In this document: piece after piece, positions 1 to 9,525 of the stretch
Layout of the letters: each line of letters begins with the position of its first letter
How positions within the stretch are numbered: position 1 is the first letter of the stretch
Source of the DNA: Mycolicibacterium smegmatis
Lineage (GTDB): Bacteria; Actinomycetota; Actinomycetes; Mycobacteriales; Mycobacteriaceae
Length of the DNA: 32,000 nucleotides
Direction of reading: 5' to 3'
Assembly (NCBI RefSeq): GCF_001457595.1
Contig: NZ_LN831039.1
Location: forward strand, 3,690,001-3,722,000
Made by a program: the position numbers and the translations under genes
The notes under the pieces: generated by a model
Databases searched by the model: none
Told to the model about the DNA's origin: nothing
The model's input: only the letters and a program-made list of their open reading frames with translations

Positions 1-628
1 TCTTCTTGACCGCCTGCAGGCTGGTAACCGGTTTGGCGGCAAGGATTTCGGCGTGCCTGCGGGCCTCGGTGAGCAGATCGCCCGGTGTGCAGACCTTGAA
101 CACCAGGCCCATCTCCTTGGCCTCCGCGGCGCTGATCCACTCCGAGGACATCAGCAGCCAGGCCGCGTTCTGCCTGCCGATCAGGCGCGGCATGAGATAG
201 GACGACGCCGCCTCCGGCGCCACCCCCAGGCTGGTGAACGGGCATTTGAGCCGCGCGGTGTCGGCCATGAACACCAGGTCGGCGAAACCGAGGATCGTCG
301 CGCCGATCCCCACGCCCACGCCGTTGACCGCACACAGCAACGGCTTGGGGAAATCGGCGAGCGCCTCGATCATGCCGTAGAACCCGTGCTCCCCCGGTGT
401 GAAATCCGGGTTGGCGATCCGTGTCTGCATCTCGACCAGGTCGTTGCCCGACGAGAATGCCCGTCCGGCGCCGGTGAGCAGGACCACCGAGACCTCCGGA
501 TCCCCGCCCGCGGCCAGCAGGGCGTCGGTCACCTCGTCGTAGAGCGCTTCGTTGAACGCATTGAGCGCGTCGGGACGGTTGAGGGTGAGCGTGCGAACCC
601 GGTTGCTGTCGTCGATCTGCAGGTTCAA
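1..628 (-). CDS. enoyl-CoA hydratase/isomerase (crotonase) family protein, 3' end outside window
   Basis: Reverse-strand reading gives LNLQIDDSNRVRTLTLNRPDALNAFNEALYDE...AGRAFSSGNDLVEMQ...NGVGVGIGATI, typical of crotonases. TTG start at 628 with GAGGAGA upstream. Confidence 0.85.
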   Translation of the reverse strand, partial: MNLQIDDSNRVRTLTLNRPDALNAFNEALYDEVTDALLAAGGDPEVSVVLLTGAGRAFSSGNDLVEMQTRIANPDFTPGEHGFYGMIEALADFPKPLLCAVNGVGVGIGATILGFADLVFMADTARLKCPFTSLGVAPEAASSYLMPRLIGRQNAAWLLMSSEWISAAEAKEMGLVFKVCTPGDLLTEARRHAEILAAKPVTSLQAVKK

Positions 629-687
629 CGTTTCTCCTCGGGTGGGCTCGTCGACGGCTGAAGAATCGGTGCCTGTGAAGCAGCAGC

Positions 688-1431
688 CTAACTAGAACAC
701 GTTTCACTCGCGGCGGCGGGTGCGGAGAACGGCGAGCGCCAGACATAGCGACTCGTCGGCACCGTGTCGATGTTGCTGCTCGCGCCGAACGCGTCGGTGC
801 TCGCCACCATGGCCTGCATGCGCCGGGACAGGTCCTCGTCGTCGGCCGCGCCGAAGAACGCGTGCAGATCCGCCACGGCCTGCGGTGGGAACAACTCCTC
901 GACGATCCCGTCGATCGCCGGTGCGTCCGCGGTGAGCGCGCGCACCACGGTGTTCTGGACATAGCCGAACGTGGCCTGGGTTTCGATGGCCACCGGGGTG
1001 TGGTCGACGTGCCAGCGGTGCAGCCAGGTCGCGGCGTCGAGGTCGGGGGGCCTGCGCAGCAGCGCGATGTTGGCCAACGCGTCGGTACGGCGCCCCGGCG
1101 TCAGGCCCGCCCGGAGGTCCGGTGGCGGCAGCGGCTCCGATTCGGTCACCAGATACGCTGCGGCCGAGTCGCATTCGGCACCGAGGAGGTCAAGCGCGGC
1201 ACGCAGCTGTTCTCCGTGATACTGCTGCACCCATACGCTGGCGAGTGCCACGACCGGAGGATCGAGCGTCGTCAGGGTCATCAGCGAATCGCGCACCGGT
1301 GCGTCACGGATGTTGAGAACCAAGCCGGGAAGCCCGATTTCGAGCAGTTCGGCGCTGACGTCTTGGACCATCCGCGCACACCAGGCGTCGTCAGCGCGCG
1401 CGGACCGCATTGTCACGATGACCTTTTCCAC
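688..1431 (-). CDS. EthD-domain-like hypothetical protein
   Basis: 247-aa ORF on the same strand as the crotonase, with 59 bp between them. The WLHRWHVDHTPVAIETQATFGYVQNTV segment resembles EthD-type ferredoxin-like proteins. Confidence 0.6.
   Translation of the reverse strand: MEKVIVTMRSARADDAWCARMVQDVSAELLEIGLPGLVLNIRDAPVRDSLMTLTTLDPPVVALASVWVQQYHGEQLRAALDLLGAECDSAAAYLVTESEPLPPPDLRAGLTPGRRTDALANIALLRRPPDLDAATWLHRWHVDHTPVAIETQATFGYVQNTVVRALTADAPAIDGIVEELFPPQAVADLHAFFGAADDEDLSRRMQAMVASTDAFGASSNIDTVPTSRYVWRSPFSAPAAASETCSS
693..706. promoter_or_regulatory. putative KstR-type operator TAGAACACGTTTCA
   Basis: Matches TnnAACnnGTTnnA at every specified position. Lies about 65 bp upstream of the crotonase start, overlapping the last codons of the EthD-like gene. 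Confidence 0.55.
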
Positions 1432-1467
1432 GCTGCGAACCTAGCCCACCGCGCCGCGTGAGCGCCG

Positions 1468-3522
1468 ATGCCCCACTTCCGGTCGCGCTCAGGCGAGAAT
1501 GGTCACGTGCAGACGGGCGGACCAGCAGCCGACGCTTTGCGGTTGAGCACGCCAGACCCCGGTGCGGTGGCGCGCAGCCTCGTCGGTGCCCTGGCGATGA
1601 CCGCGGCGGCCCTGGCGCTGGCATCCCCGCCCGCAGCGATGTGGACGCTGGGCGCCGGGGTGATCGCAGGTGCGGTCGCGCTGCAGCGCAGCCCCGGCGG
1701 TCGAGTACCGCTGGTGGTGACGGCGTCGCTGGAGATGGCCATCGTCGTGGCGCTCGCGGTACTGACCGGATCGCACGACGTCGTGTTCGTACTCGCGGTG
1801 GCCGCATGGTGTTTCGCGGCGGGCATGCAGTGGTCAGTCGGGGCGAACGCCGGGTTGATCGCCTCGGCGGCGAGTTCGTTGCTGGTGATCGCACCTCCCG
1901 ACGGGCACGCGACGGCGCCGACCGCTTTCGACGGGCTGCTGGCACCGTTGCTGGTCTTCGGTGCGGGCGTGCTGCAGGCCGTGCTGATCGCGACCCTGCC
2001 GCCGCACCGCTGGCGGGTGCAGCGAGAGGGCCTCACCCGCGCGTACCGTTCGCTGGCGACCGACGCGCGCAACGTGGCCGCCGACCGCTCGGCCGACGTG
2101 GACGACGCACCGCTGACCTGGCTGCGTGAGGTGTTCGCCGACAGGGAGGCCGCCCAGCGGTCGCGAGCCAACTACGGCGGGTACCAGGTCCCCGAGCGCA
2201 TCGCGGTGACACTCGCCGAGTTGCGCGCGGCGTACGCCGAGCCCGCATCGGACGCCCCGGGTGTGCCCCGGCTGCTGGCGGCCGCGGCCGCGCTGCTCGA
2301 CGCGATCGCCGACCAGGGACACACCGCGCGCCGCGACGCCGAGCATGCCCTCGTGCGGGTCGACAGCGCGGTGGCCGCGGTCGACGGCCCGGAAAAGGCG
2401 CTCGCGCAACGCCTCGGCGACCTATTGCGCGAGGCGGCCGTGCTGCGGTTCGGTCAGCTGCACCGACCCGACCTGATCGGCTCGCTGGCGTCGGCGCCTT
2501 CGGTCGTCCGGTCACACCTGAGGTGGACCTCACCGATCCTGCGGCACGCCGTGCGGCTTTCGGCGGCCACCGCACTCGCCGCGGTGGCCGCGCGGTTCGG
2601 CGGTGTCGAACACGGCCACTGGATCGCGCTGACCGTTCTGGTGGTGCTGCGGCCCGAGACCGCGCACACCTACACCCGGTGCGCGGGCCGCATCGCGACA
2701 CTGGCCGCGGGTGTCACGGTCGCCTCCGGGCTGACCCTGATGTGGCAGCCCGAGGCACTTCCCGCGGCGGCGTGCGCGCTGGCCCTCGTGGCGCTGGGCT
2801 ACTGGCTGTCGCGGTTCGGTTATCTCGCGGTCGGCGTACCGCTCGGGGCCGCGCTGATGTTCTTCCTCGGTGTCGGCGGCGCCGCCGAATGGTCGGGTCT
2901 CGCCGACCGTCTCGTCGAGATCCTGATCGGCGGCGGGCTGGCGGTGATGGCACATGTGGCGCTGCCCGACCACGGGCTCATCCGGTTACGGCAACGTGCC
3001 GGCGAGCTGCTGATGACCGAGATCGACTACGCGGCAATGGTGGTGCGCGCGTTCGTGCACGAGATCGACCATCCCGCCGAGGCGCTGTCGGCGGCATGGC
3101 AGCGCGCGTTTCGGGCCAGGGCCGCGTTCGAGGCGGCCTGGGGCGCCGCGCGGCTGGACTCGCCGACGCTGCGCCGGTGGCTGCGGTCCTACCGCACCGC
3201 GCTCAACTCGGTCACCAGTGCGTGTACGACGCTGGAGAACAATCTGCCGACGCATCCGTCGTCGGCGCTGCACCCCGATTTCGTGGCCGCCGTCGACGAC
3301 TACGTGACCGCGCTGCGCGGTGCGCCGCCGAGCCCGGCCGTGCCGTGGAGCCTCGACACCGGCGAACTGGCCGCGGCACTGCGGCGCGTGCAGGAGGTGG
3401 CGTCGACGCTGGCCGCGGACAACGGGGCCGCCCGCATCCTCGTCGGTGAGCTGTCGACCATCACGCGCAGCCTGATCGGCATCTCGATCGACCGGGTCAC
3501 CCCGGCCGGCGAGTCGTCGTGA
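1468..3522 (+). CDS. FUSC-family (fusaric acid resistance/aromatic exporter-like) integral membrane protein
   Basis: 684-aa ORF with two hydrophobic blocks separated by a long soluble region. LRHAVRLSAATALAAVAARFGGVEHGHWIALTVLVVLRPE is FUSC-like. A GTG at 1507 is an alternative start. Confidence 0.8.
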   Translation: MPHFRSRSGENGHVQTGGPAADALRLSTPDPGAVARSLVGALAMTAAALALASPPAAMWTLGAGVIAGAVALQRSPGGRVPLVVTASLEMAIVVALAVLTGSHDVVFVLAVAAWCFAAGMQWSVGANAGLIASAASSLLVIAPPDGHATAPTAFDGLLAPLLVFGAGVLQAVLIATLPPHRWRVQREGLTRAYRSLATDARNVAADRSADVDDAPLTWLREVFADREAAQRSRANYGGYQVPERIAVTLAELRAAYAEPASDAPGVPRLLAAAAALLDAIADQGHTARRDAEHALVRVDSAVAAVDGPEKALAQRLGDLLREAAVLRFGQLHRPDLIGSLASAPSVVRSHLRWTSPILRHAVRLSAATALAAVAARFGGVEHGHWIALTVLVVLRPETAHTYTRCAGRIATLAAGVTVASGLTLMWQPEALPAAACALALVALGYWLSRFGYLAVGVPLGAALMFFLGVGGAAEWSGLADRLVEILIGGGLAVMAHVALPDHGLIRLRQRAGELLMTEIDYAAMVVRAFVHEIDHPAEALSAAWQRAFRARAAFEAAWGAARLDSPTLRRWLRSYRTALNSVTSACTTLENNLPTHPSSALHPDFVAAVDDYVTALRGAPPSPAVPWSLDTGELAAALRRVQEVASTLAADNGAARILVGELSTITRSLIGISIDRVTPAGESS

Positions 3523-3537
3523 TTTCCGGTGTGGGCG

Positions 3538-4167
3538 TCAGCCGCGCGCCCACTTCGGCGGGATGAACACGCCCTCGGCTTCGGCCGTGATGCCCGCGGC
3601 GTCGCGAACATGGCCGACGGCAAAGGTTTTGATGCCGTCGGTGCGGGTGATCCACCCCTCGGCCCGCAGGTCGCCGAGCGGCGTGGCGCGCAGGTAGCGG
3701 ATGGTCAGTGTCCCGGTGAACCGCGGCGTGAGCGGATCGTTGGCCGCCACCTCGCCGAGCACATGGTCGAGGACCATGGCCACGATGCCGCCGTGGACGT
3801 GGCCCGGCGGGCCTTCGTAGGCCGCACCGAGGTGGAAATCCGTGGACATCACGCCGTCGTCGTGACGGACCATCCGCAGGGGCGGCGCGATCGCGTTGCG
3901 GATCCCGATCGCCGGGTTGCCCCACGGCATGCGGTCACCGTCGGAGGTGATGCGCACGCCGAACGGGCCGTCGATCTGCCTGGCGCGCAGGAGTTCGGTC
4001 GCGGCCTCGATGTGCGCCTTGGCGGCTGCGACGTCGTCGGCGTCCACCTCCGAACGGATTGTCGCGTCGACGAGTTCGCGCACCGACTGCGCCAACGGTT
4101 CGTAGGTCGCCCGCAACCGTTGCACGTCCGCCGAACTGAGTCCTTCGACATGGGTGAAGCCCGCCAT
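3538..4167 (-). CDS. PaaI-type hotdog-fold thioesterase
   Basis: Contains PPGHVHGGIVAMVLDHVLGEVA and GTLTIRYLRATPLGDLRAEGWI. ATG at 4167 (MAGFTHVEG) preferred over the 4209 extension. Confidence 0.8.
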   Translation of the reverse strand: MAGFTHVEGLSSADVQRLRATYEPLAQSVRELVDATIRSEVDADDVAAAKAHIEAATELLRARQIDGPFGVRITSDGDRMPWGNPAIGIRNAIAPPLRMVRHDDGVMSTDFHLGAAYEGPPGHVHGGIVAMVLDHVLGEVAANDPLTPRFTGTLTIRYLRATPLGDLRAEGWITRTDGIKTFAVGHVRDAAGITAEAEGVFIPPKWARG

Positions 4168-4176
4168 GCAGAAAAC

Positions 4177-4190
4177 TAGAACACGTTCAC
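4177..4190. promoter_or_regulatory. second putative KstR-type operator TAGAACACGTTCAC
   Basis: One mismatch (final position) to TnnAACnnGTTnnA. Sits about 10 bp upstream of the thioesterase start, in the divergent intergenic region. Confidence 0.45.
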
Positions 4191-4315
4191 TTCGACGGTG
4201 TCGAGTCACCCCCCTGCGCTGAGGGTCACGGCGGTCACACGCCGGTTACCACGTGTCTTAGATAACCTATGCAATCGTGGTCACCTGTCTACGAAGTCGT
4301 CTAGGCTCATGACCC

Positions 4316-4891
4316 GTGGCAGCACGCACGCACAGCGCCGACCCCCGGGCCGAACGGGTCCGCACCCGCCTGCACGAGGCGGCGTTCGCCCTCGCACACG
4401 AACGGCCGGTCGACGAGCTCACCGTGAGCGACATCGTCGGACGCGCGGGCGTCAGCCGGCAGGTGTTCTACCAGCACTTCGGCGACCGCGACGAGGCGGT
4501 CGCCGCGGCGTTCGCGACCGAGTTCACGCGCGCGATCGACGGTCTGCGCGGCGACCCGCGCGCCCGCATCGTCCGGTTGTTCGATTTCGCAGGCGAACAC
4601 CGCGCGATGTACCGCAACGTGGTGCCGAGTGCGGTCACCCAGCGTGTGGTCAACGCGTTCCGCGACGAACTCACCCCGGCCTGCGCCGAGATCGCCGAAC
4701 AGGGCATGACCGTGGTCGCGCCGATCGCCGGACTCTCACCCGAGGCCGTCACCCGCTTCCTCGTGGGCGGCTTCGTCGAGGTGCTGCGCAGCTGGATGGA
4801 AGACCCCGACGCGGGTGACGCCCGCGACCTGCGCGACCGGGTCGCCGCGGCGTTCGACACCGTCAACTCCCTTTTGACCCTGAACTTCTGA
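4316..4891 (+). CDS. TetR/AcrR family transcriptional regulator
   Basis: N-terminal HTH: RTRLHEAAFALAHERPVDELTVSDIVGRAGVSRQVFYQHFGDRDEAVAAAF. GTG start at 4316. Confidence 0.9.
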   Translation: MAARTHSADPRAERVRTRLHEAAFALAHERPVDELTVSDIVGRAGVSRQVFYQHFGDRDEAVAAAFATEFTRAIDGLRGDPRARIVRLFDFAGEHRAMYRNVVPSAVTQRVVNAFRDELTPACAEIAEQGMTVVAPIAGLSPEAVTRFLVGGFVEVLRSWMEDPDAGDARDLRDRVAAAFDTVNSLLTLNF

Positions 4892-4926
4892 CCCTCCCCC
4901 GCCATAGACCAGAAAGGTTGTGCGCA

Positions 4927-6060
4927 ATGGGCAGACACCATGCTCCCGAAGACCGCCGGGCCGCGACGACGCGCCCGGTGACCCGCATCCAGATCCGCCA
5001 CATCGCGATCGTGATGACCGCTCTGGCCATGGGCGTGCTCGCGATGATCGCGAGCTATTCCGGCGCGTTCGCCAAGCCCACACTGCACCACATGACCGTC
5101 GCCGTGGCCGCGCCCACACAGCTCGTCGACCAACTGCGCGAACAAGATTCGCTGTCGGTCACCGACGTCCCCGACGAGGCCGCGGCCCGTGCACAGGTGC
5201 TGCAGCGCGACGCCGACGCCGCACTGGTCGTGGCCGCCCCCGACCGCCTCGACATCTACGTGGCCGGCGGCGGCGGGCGCAGCGTCGCCACCGCCGCGGA
5301 GTCCGTCGGCCGCGCGGCCGCCGAGCAGGCCGGTCTGGTCCCGGCCGTCACCGACATCGCCCCCACGTCGCCAGGCAATCCGTCCGGCACCGTCGAGTTC
5401 TACGCGATCATCTTCATCTCGCTTGGCGCGTCGGTGGGCGCGGCGGCGTTCGGATACCTCGCGGGCCCGGTACGCCGGCCCATGACGCTGGCACTGCGCA
5501 CCGTGACCCTCGCGGCCTACTCGGCGCTGCTGGCGGGCCTGGTCACCGTCTACGTCGACCCGGTGCTCGATGCGCTCGTCGGCCACCCCTGGCAGGTGTT
5601 CGGTGTGCTGTGGCTCTACTGTTTGGCCGTCGGCGGTGCCGTCACGGGCGTGTCGGCCGCGTTCGGCCCGGTCGCATCACTGATGCTGACGGCTTTTCTG
5701 GTGATCGTGGGGAACGCCGCGGCGGCCGGACCGGTGGGCAGACCCCTCCTGTCGAGCTTCTACTCGACCTTCAACCTCATCGTGCCGCAGGGCTCCGGGG
5801 TGTCGCTGCTGCGCAGCGTCGAGTACTTCGACGGCAACGGCGCGGCACAGCCCCTCCTCACCCTGGCGGTGTGGGCCGCTGCGGGGTGCGTGCTGGCGGT
5901 GCTCGGCACCGCGGCCCGCTCGACCCGCGTGCGGAATTCGGCTCTGCGCGTTGCAAGACGATGCGCCCCCGGCCGTGGCCCGATCTATCGTGGACGACAT
6001 GACGGGAGCCGCTCCGAACGACCCCTACTACCGGCTGGGGTCCTATCACCGGCCGACTGA
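4927..6060 (+). CDS. multi-pass membrane protein, ABC-2/DUF3533-like transporter component
   Basis: One N-terminal TM, an extracytoplasmic domain, then a cluster of TMs (FYAIIFISLGASVGAAAFGYLAG...). AGAAAGG precedes ATG 4927. Immediately downstream of the TetR gene. Confidence 0.65.
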   Translation: MGRHHAPEDRRAATTRPVTRIQIRHIAIVMTALAMGVLAMIASYSGAFAKPTLHHMTVAVAAPTQLVDQLREQDSLSVTDVPDEAAARAQVLQRDADAALVVAAPDRLDIYVAGGGGRSVATAAESVGRAAAEQAGLVPAVTDIAPTSPGNPSGTVEFYAIIFISLGASVGAAAFGYLAGPVRRPMTLALRTVTLAAYSALLAGLVTVYVDPVLDALVGHPWQVFGVLWLYCLAVGGAVTGVSAAFGPVASLMLTAFLVIVGNAAAAGPVGRPLLSSFYSTFNLIVPQGSGVSLLRSVEYFDGNGAAQPLLTLAVWAAAGCVLAVLGTAARSTRVRNSALRVARRCAPGRGPIYRGRHDGSRSERPLLPAGVLSPAD

Positions 6061-7684
6061 CACCCCGTCGGCCGAGGCCCAGGTGTGGTTCGACCGCGGC
6101 ATGGTGTGGGCCTACGCGTTCAACCACGGAGAAGCCGTCTACTGCTTCGAACGGGCCCTGGAGTACGACCCCGGTCTCGCGGCCGCGCACTGGGGTATCG
6201 CCTACTCCGTGGGACCCAACTACAACACGGCGTGGGATACCTTCGACCCGGTGGACCTCGCCGCATCTCTGGCACGCGCCAGAGCCGAACTTGCCGCCGC
6301 GGCGTCGGGTCGCGCCTCGGCCGTCGAGCGCGATCTGATCGCCGCGCTGCACAAGCGTTTTCCCACCGACGACCCCGAGGACACCGAGGCCCTGCTGGCC
6401 GGCCATCACGCGTACGCCGACGCCATGGCGGCGCTGGCCGGCACCTATCCCGACGACATCGACGTGCAGACCCTGGCCGCCGACGCGCTCGTCAACGTCA
6501 CGGCGTGGGCGCTGTGGGACGGCCGCACCGGTGAGCCCGCACCGGGATCCCGTGTGCTGGAGGCCAAATCGATCCTCGACCGGGCGCTCGCCACGCCCGC
6601 GGGCCGCGAGCATCCCGGTGTGCTGCACCTCTACATCCACACCATGGAGATGTCGACCACGCCGCAGGCCGCTCTGCCCGCCGCCGACAGGTTGCGCAAC
6701 CTCGTTCCCGACGCGGGACACCTGCGGCACATGCCCAGCCACATCGACGTGCTGTGCGGTGACTACCGCAGCTCGGTGGTGTCCAATCTGTCTGCGGTCG
6801 AAGCCGATCGACGTTTCGTCGAACATCGCGGGCCGCTGAACTTCTACTCGCTCTACCGCGCGCACGATCTGCATTTCGTGGTGTACTCGGCGATGTTCGA
6901 AGGGCAGTCGCAGATCGCGCTGAGCGCCGCCGACGAACTCGCCGCGCAACTCACCCCCGATCTGTTGTCGGTGCCCTCGCCGCCGATGGCCGACTGGCTG
7001 GAGGCGTTCGTCCCGCTGCGCATCCACGTCCTGGTGCGCTTCGGCCGGTGGGACGACCTGATCGCCGAACCGTTGCCGAGCGACCAGACGCTGTACTGCA
7101 CCACCACCGCCACCGTCCACTACGGCCGCGGCGTCGCCCACGCCGCCAAGGGCGACCTGTCGCGCGCCGACGCCGAACGCGACGCGTTCATCAAGGCCTA
7201 CGACCGGATCCCGGAGACGCGGTACCTGTTCAACAACACCAGCCGTGACATCCTGGCCATCGCGGGCGCCATGCTCGACGGCGAGATCGCTTACCGCCGA
7301 GGCGATCACGATGTGGCGTTCGAGCACCTGCGCCGGGCGATCGCCCTCGACGACAACCTGCCGTACGACGAACCGTGGGGCTGGATGCAACCCACCCGCC
7401 ACGCCTACGGCGCGCTGTTGCTCGAGCAGGGCCGCGTCGAGGAGGCCGCACAGGTCTACGCGGCCGATCTCGGCCTCGATCCCACACTGAACCGCTCGTG
7501 CCAGCACCCCAACAACGTCTGGAGCCTGCACGGCTATCACGAATGCCTGCGCAGGCTGGGCCGCGACGCCGAGGCCGCGATCATCGGCAAGCAACTCGAA
7601 CTGGCGCTGGCCCGCACCGACGTGCCGATCAACGCGTCGTGCGCGTGCCGGCTGGAGATCACCGATCCCTGCTGCGGCAACTGA
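5999..7684 (+). CDS. tetratricopeptide-repeat protein
   Basis: TPR-like units, e.g. AYAFNHGEAVYCFERALEYDPGLAAAHWGIAYSVGP and AYRRGDHDVAFEHLRRAIALDDNLPYDEPWGW. ATG 5999 overlaps the upstream ORF by 62 bp. Confidence 0.75.
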   Translation: MTGAAPNDPYYRLGSYHRPTDTPSAEAQVWFDRGMVWAYAFNHGEAVYCFERALEYDPGLAAAHWGIAYSVGPNYNTAWDTFDPVDLAASLARARAELAAAASGRASAVERDLIAALHKRFPTDDPEDTEALLAGHHAYADAMAALAGTYPDDIDVQTLAADALVNVTAWALWDGRTGEPAPGSRVLEAKSILDRALATPAGREHPGVLHLYIHTMEMSTTPQAALPAADRLRNLVPDAGHLRHMPSHIDVLCGDYRSSVVSNLSAVEADRRFVEHRGPLNFYSLYRAHDLHFVVYSAMFEGQSQIALSAADELAAQLTPDLLSVPSPPMADWLEAFVPLRIHVLVRFGRWDDLIAEPLPSDQTLYCTTTATVHYGRGVAHAAKGDLSRADAERDAFIKAYDRIPETRYLFNNTSRDILAIAGAMLDGEIAYRRGDHDVAFEHLRRAIALDDNLPYDEPWGWMQPTRHAYGALLLEQGRVEEAAQVYAADLGLDPTLNRSCQHPNNVWSLHGYHECLRRLGRDAEAAIIGKQLELALARTDVPINASCACRLEITDPCCGN

Positions 7685-7739
7685 GATCCCCCTACGCGCG
7701 CTCCCCCGGTCGGCAGGTCCGCGCGCGTACACTCCGGCT

Positions 7740-8219
7740 GTGGCCATCAGTGACGCCGATCTGAAGTACCTGCGCAGATGTGTCGATCTCGCCCGCGAGG
7801 CTTTCGATGACGGCGACGAGCCGTTCGGATCCGTCCTCGTCGACCACACCGGCACGACACTGTTCGAGGACCGTAACCGGGTCAAGGACGGCGACGCCAC
7901 AGCGCATCCCGAGTTCGCGATCGCCCGCTGGGCCGCCGAACACCTGACCCCGGATCGCCGGGCCCGCGCGACGGTCTACACCTCCGGCGAGCACTGCCCG
8001 ATGTGCGCGGCCGCCCACGCCTGGGTGGGCCTCGGCCGCATCGTCTACGCGACGTCGTCGGCTCAGCTCGGTGACTGGCTCGCCGAGTGGGGCGCCCCGG
8101 AGGCGCCGGTGGCGGCACTGCCCATCAACACGGTGGCGCCCGGGGTCGTGGTCGAGGGCCCCGCCGAGGAACTGGCCGAGCCGATGCGCGAGCTCTACCG
8201 CGCGAAATTCGGGCGGTGA
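7740..8219 (+). CDS. nucleoside/nucleobase deaminase (cytidine-deaminase fold, guanine/tRNA-adenosine deaminase-like)
   Basis: HPEFAIARWA zinc/proton-shuttle motif and SGEHCPMCAAAHAW zinc-binding motif. GTG start. Confidence 0.85.
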   Translation: MAISDADLKYLRRCVDLAREAFDDGDEPFGSVLVDHTGTTLFEDRNRVKDGDATAHPEFAIARWAAEHLTPDRRARATVYTSGEHCPMCAAAHAWVGLGRIVYATSSAQLGDWLAEWGAPEAPVAALPINTVAPGVVVEGPAEELAEPMRELYRAKFGR

Positions 8220-8221
8220 CC

Positions 8222-9523
8222 ATGCCGGACTGGGTCACCCACGCCATCTGGTGGCAGATCTATCCGCTGGGCTTCGTCGGCGCTCATCCCGCGGACCCGC
8301 CGCCAGGCCCCGACGAACACCGCCTGCGGCGCATCGTCGAATGGCTGGACCACGCAGTCGAACTCGGCGCGTCGGGCCTGGCGCTGGGCCCGGTGTTCGC
8401 GTCGCGCACGCACGGCTACGACACCACCGACCACCTGCGGATCGACCCGCGTCTGGGGGACGACGCCGACTTCGACCATGTGGTCGCCGAGGCGCACCGG
8501 CGCGGTCTGCGGGTGCTGCTCGACGGTGTGTTCAACCATGTGGGAACCGATTTCGCGCGTTACCGGCAAGCGCTCGAGGGTGACGCGGACAGCGCGGCGT
8601 GGTTCCGGCACCGCGACGGGAAGTTCGAGGTGTTCGAGGGGCACGGCGAACTCGTCGCGCTCAACCACGACAACCCCGAGGTGGTTAACTACACGGCCGA
8701 GGTCATGCGGCACTGGCTGGGCCGCGGCGCCGATGGTTGGCGTCTGGACGCCGCGTACGCGGTACCGGACCGGTTCTGGGCGCAGGTCCTGCCGATCGTG
8801 CGGCGCGAATTCGGCGACGCGTGGTTCGTCGGCGAGGTCATCCACGGGGACTACGCGGCAACGGTCGCGGCGTCGACCTTCGACTCGGTGACGCAGTACG
8901 AACTGTGGAAGGCCGTCTGGAGTGCGCTCAACGACGGCAACTTCCACGAGTTGGACTGGGCACTGCAGCGGCACAACGACTTTCTGGCGTCTTTCGTGCC
9001 GATGACGTTTGTCGGCAATCACGACGTGACCCGCATCGCCAGTGCGCTGTCCGATACGCGCCACCTGGAGCACGCACTCGTCATCCTGTTCACCACCGGC
9101 GGCATCCCGAGTGTCTACGCCGGCGACGAGTGGGGCTATGAGGGTGTCAAAGAGGAACGCCGCGGCGGCGACGACGCGGTGCGCCCCGAGTTCGGCGAAC
9201 GACCGGGTCCCGACGCGCCGGGCGCGGATGTGCTGCGGCTGCACCAGTATCTGATCGGTCTGCGCCGGCGCCATCCGTGGCTGCACTCCGCGACCACGGC
9301 CCCGCTGCTGCTGACCAACACGCAGTACGTGTACCGCAGCGCCGGTGCGGCGGGTGCGCTGGTGGTCGCCCTCAACCTCGACGACGCGCCCCTGCGCGTG
9401 GCACTGCCCGAACTGGGTGTGACCTCAGGAGTCGTGGTCGCCGGATCGAAGGCGCCGCCGCAGGAACAGATCGAGGTCACCGAGGTCCCGCCGCACGGGT
9501 GGCTGGTGATCGAGCCGCGCTGA
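8222..9523 (+). CDS. GH13 alpha-amylase family glycosidase
   Basis: GH13 regions: DGVFNHVG, DGWRLDAA, FVGEV, FVGNHDVTR. 2 bp after the deaminase stop. Confidence 0.9.
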   Translation: MPDWVTHAIWWQIYPLGFVGAHPADPPPGPDEHRLRRIVEWLDHAVELGASGLALGPVFASRTHGYDTTDHLRIDPRLGDDADFDHVVAEAHRRGLRVLLDGVFNHVGTDFARYRQALEGDADSAAWFRHRDGKFEVFEGHGELVALNHDNPEVVNYTAEVMRHWLGRGADGWRLDAAYAVPDRFWAQVLPIVRREFGDAWFVGEVIHGDYAATVAASTFDSVTQYELWKAVWSALNDGNFHELDWALQRHNDFLASFVPMTFVGNHDVTRIASALSDTRHLEHALVILFTTGGIPSVYAGDEWGYEGVKEERRGGDDAVRPEFGERPGPDAPGADVLRLHQYLIGLRRRHPWLHSATTAPLLLTNTQYVYRSAGAAGALVVALNLDDAPLRVALPELGVTSGVVVAGSKAPPQEQIEVTEVPPHGWLVIEPR

Positions 9524-9525
9524 CG

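Noticed and set aside
53-661. 202-aa plus-strand ORF opposite the crotonase
   Set aside because: The minus-strand reading is an unmistakable crotonase; the plus frame is its GC-rich shadow.
5858-7900. 680-aa minus-strand ORF antisense to the TPR gene
   Set aside because: Shadow of a GC-rich coding frame; no plausible start/RBS or family motifs.
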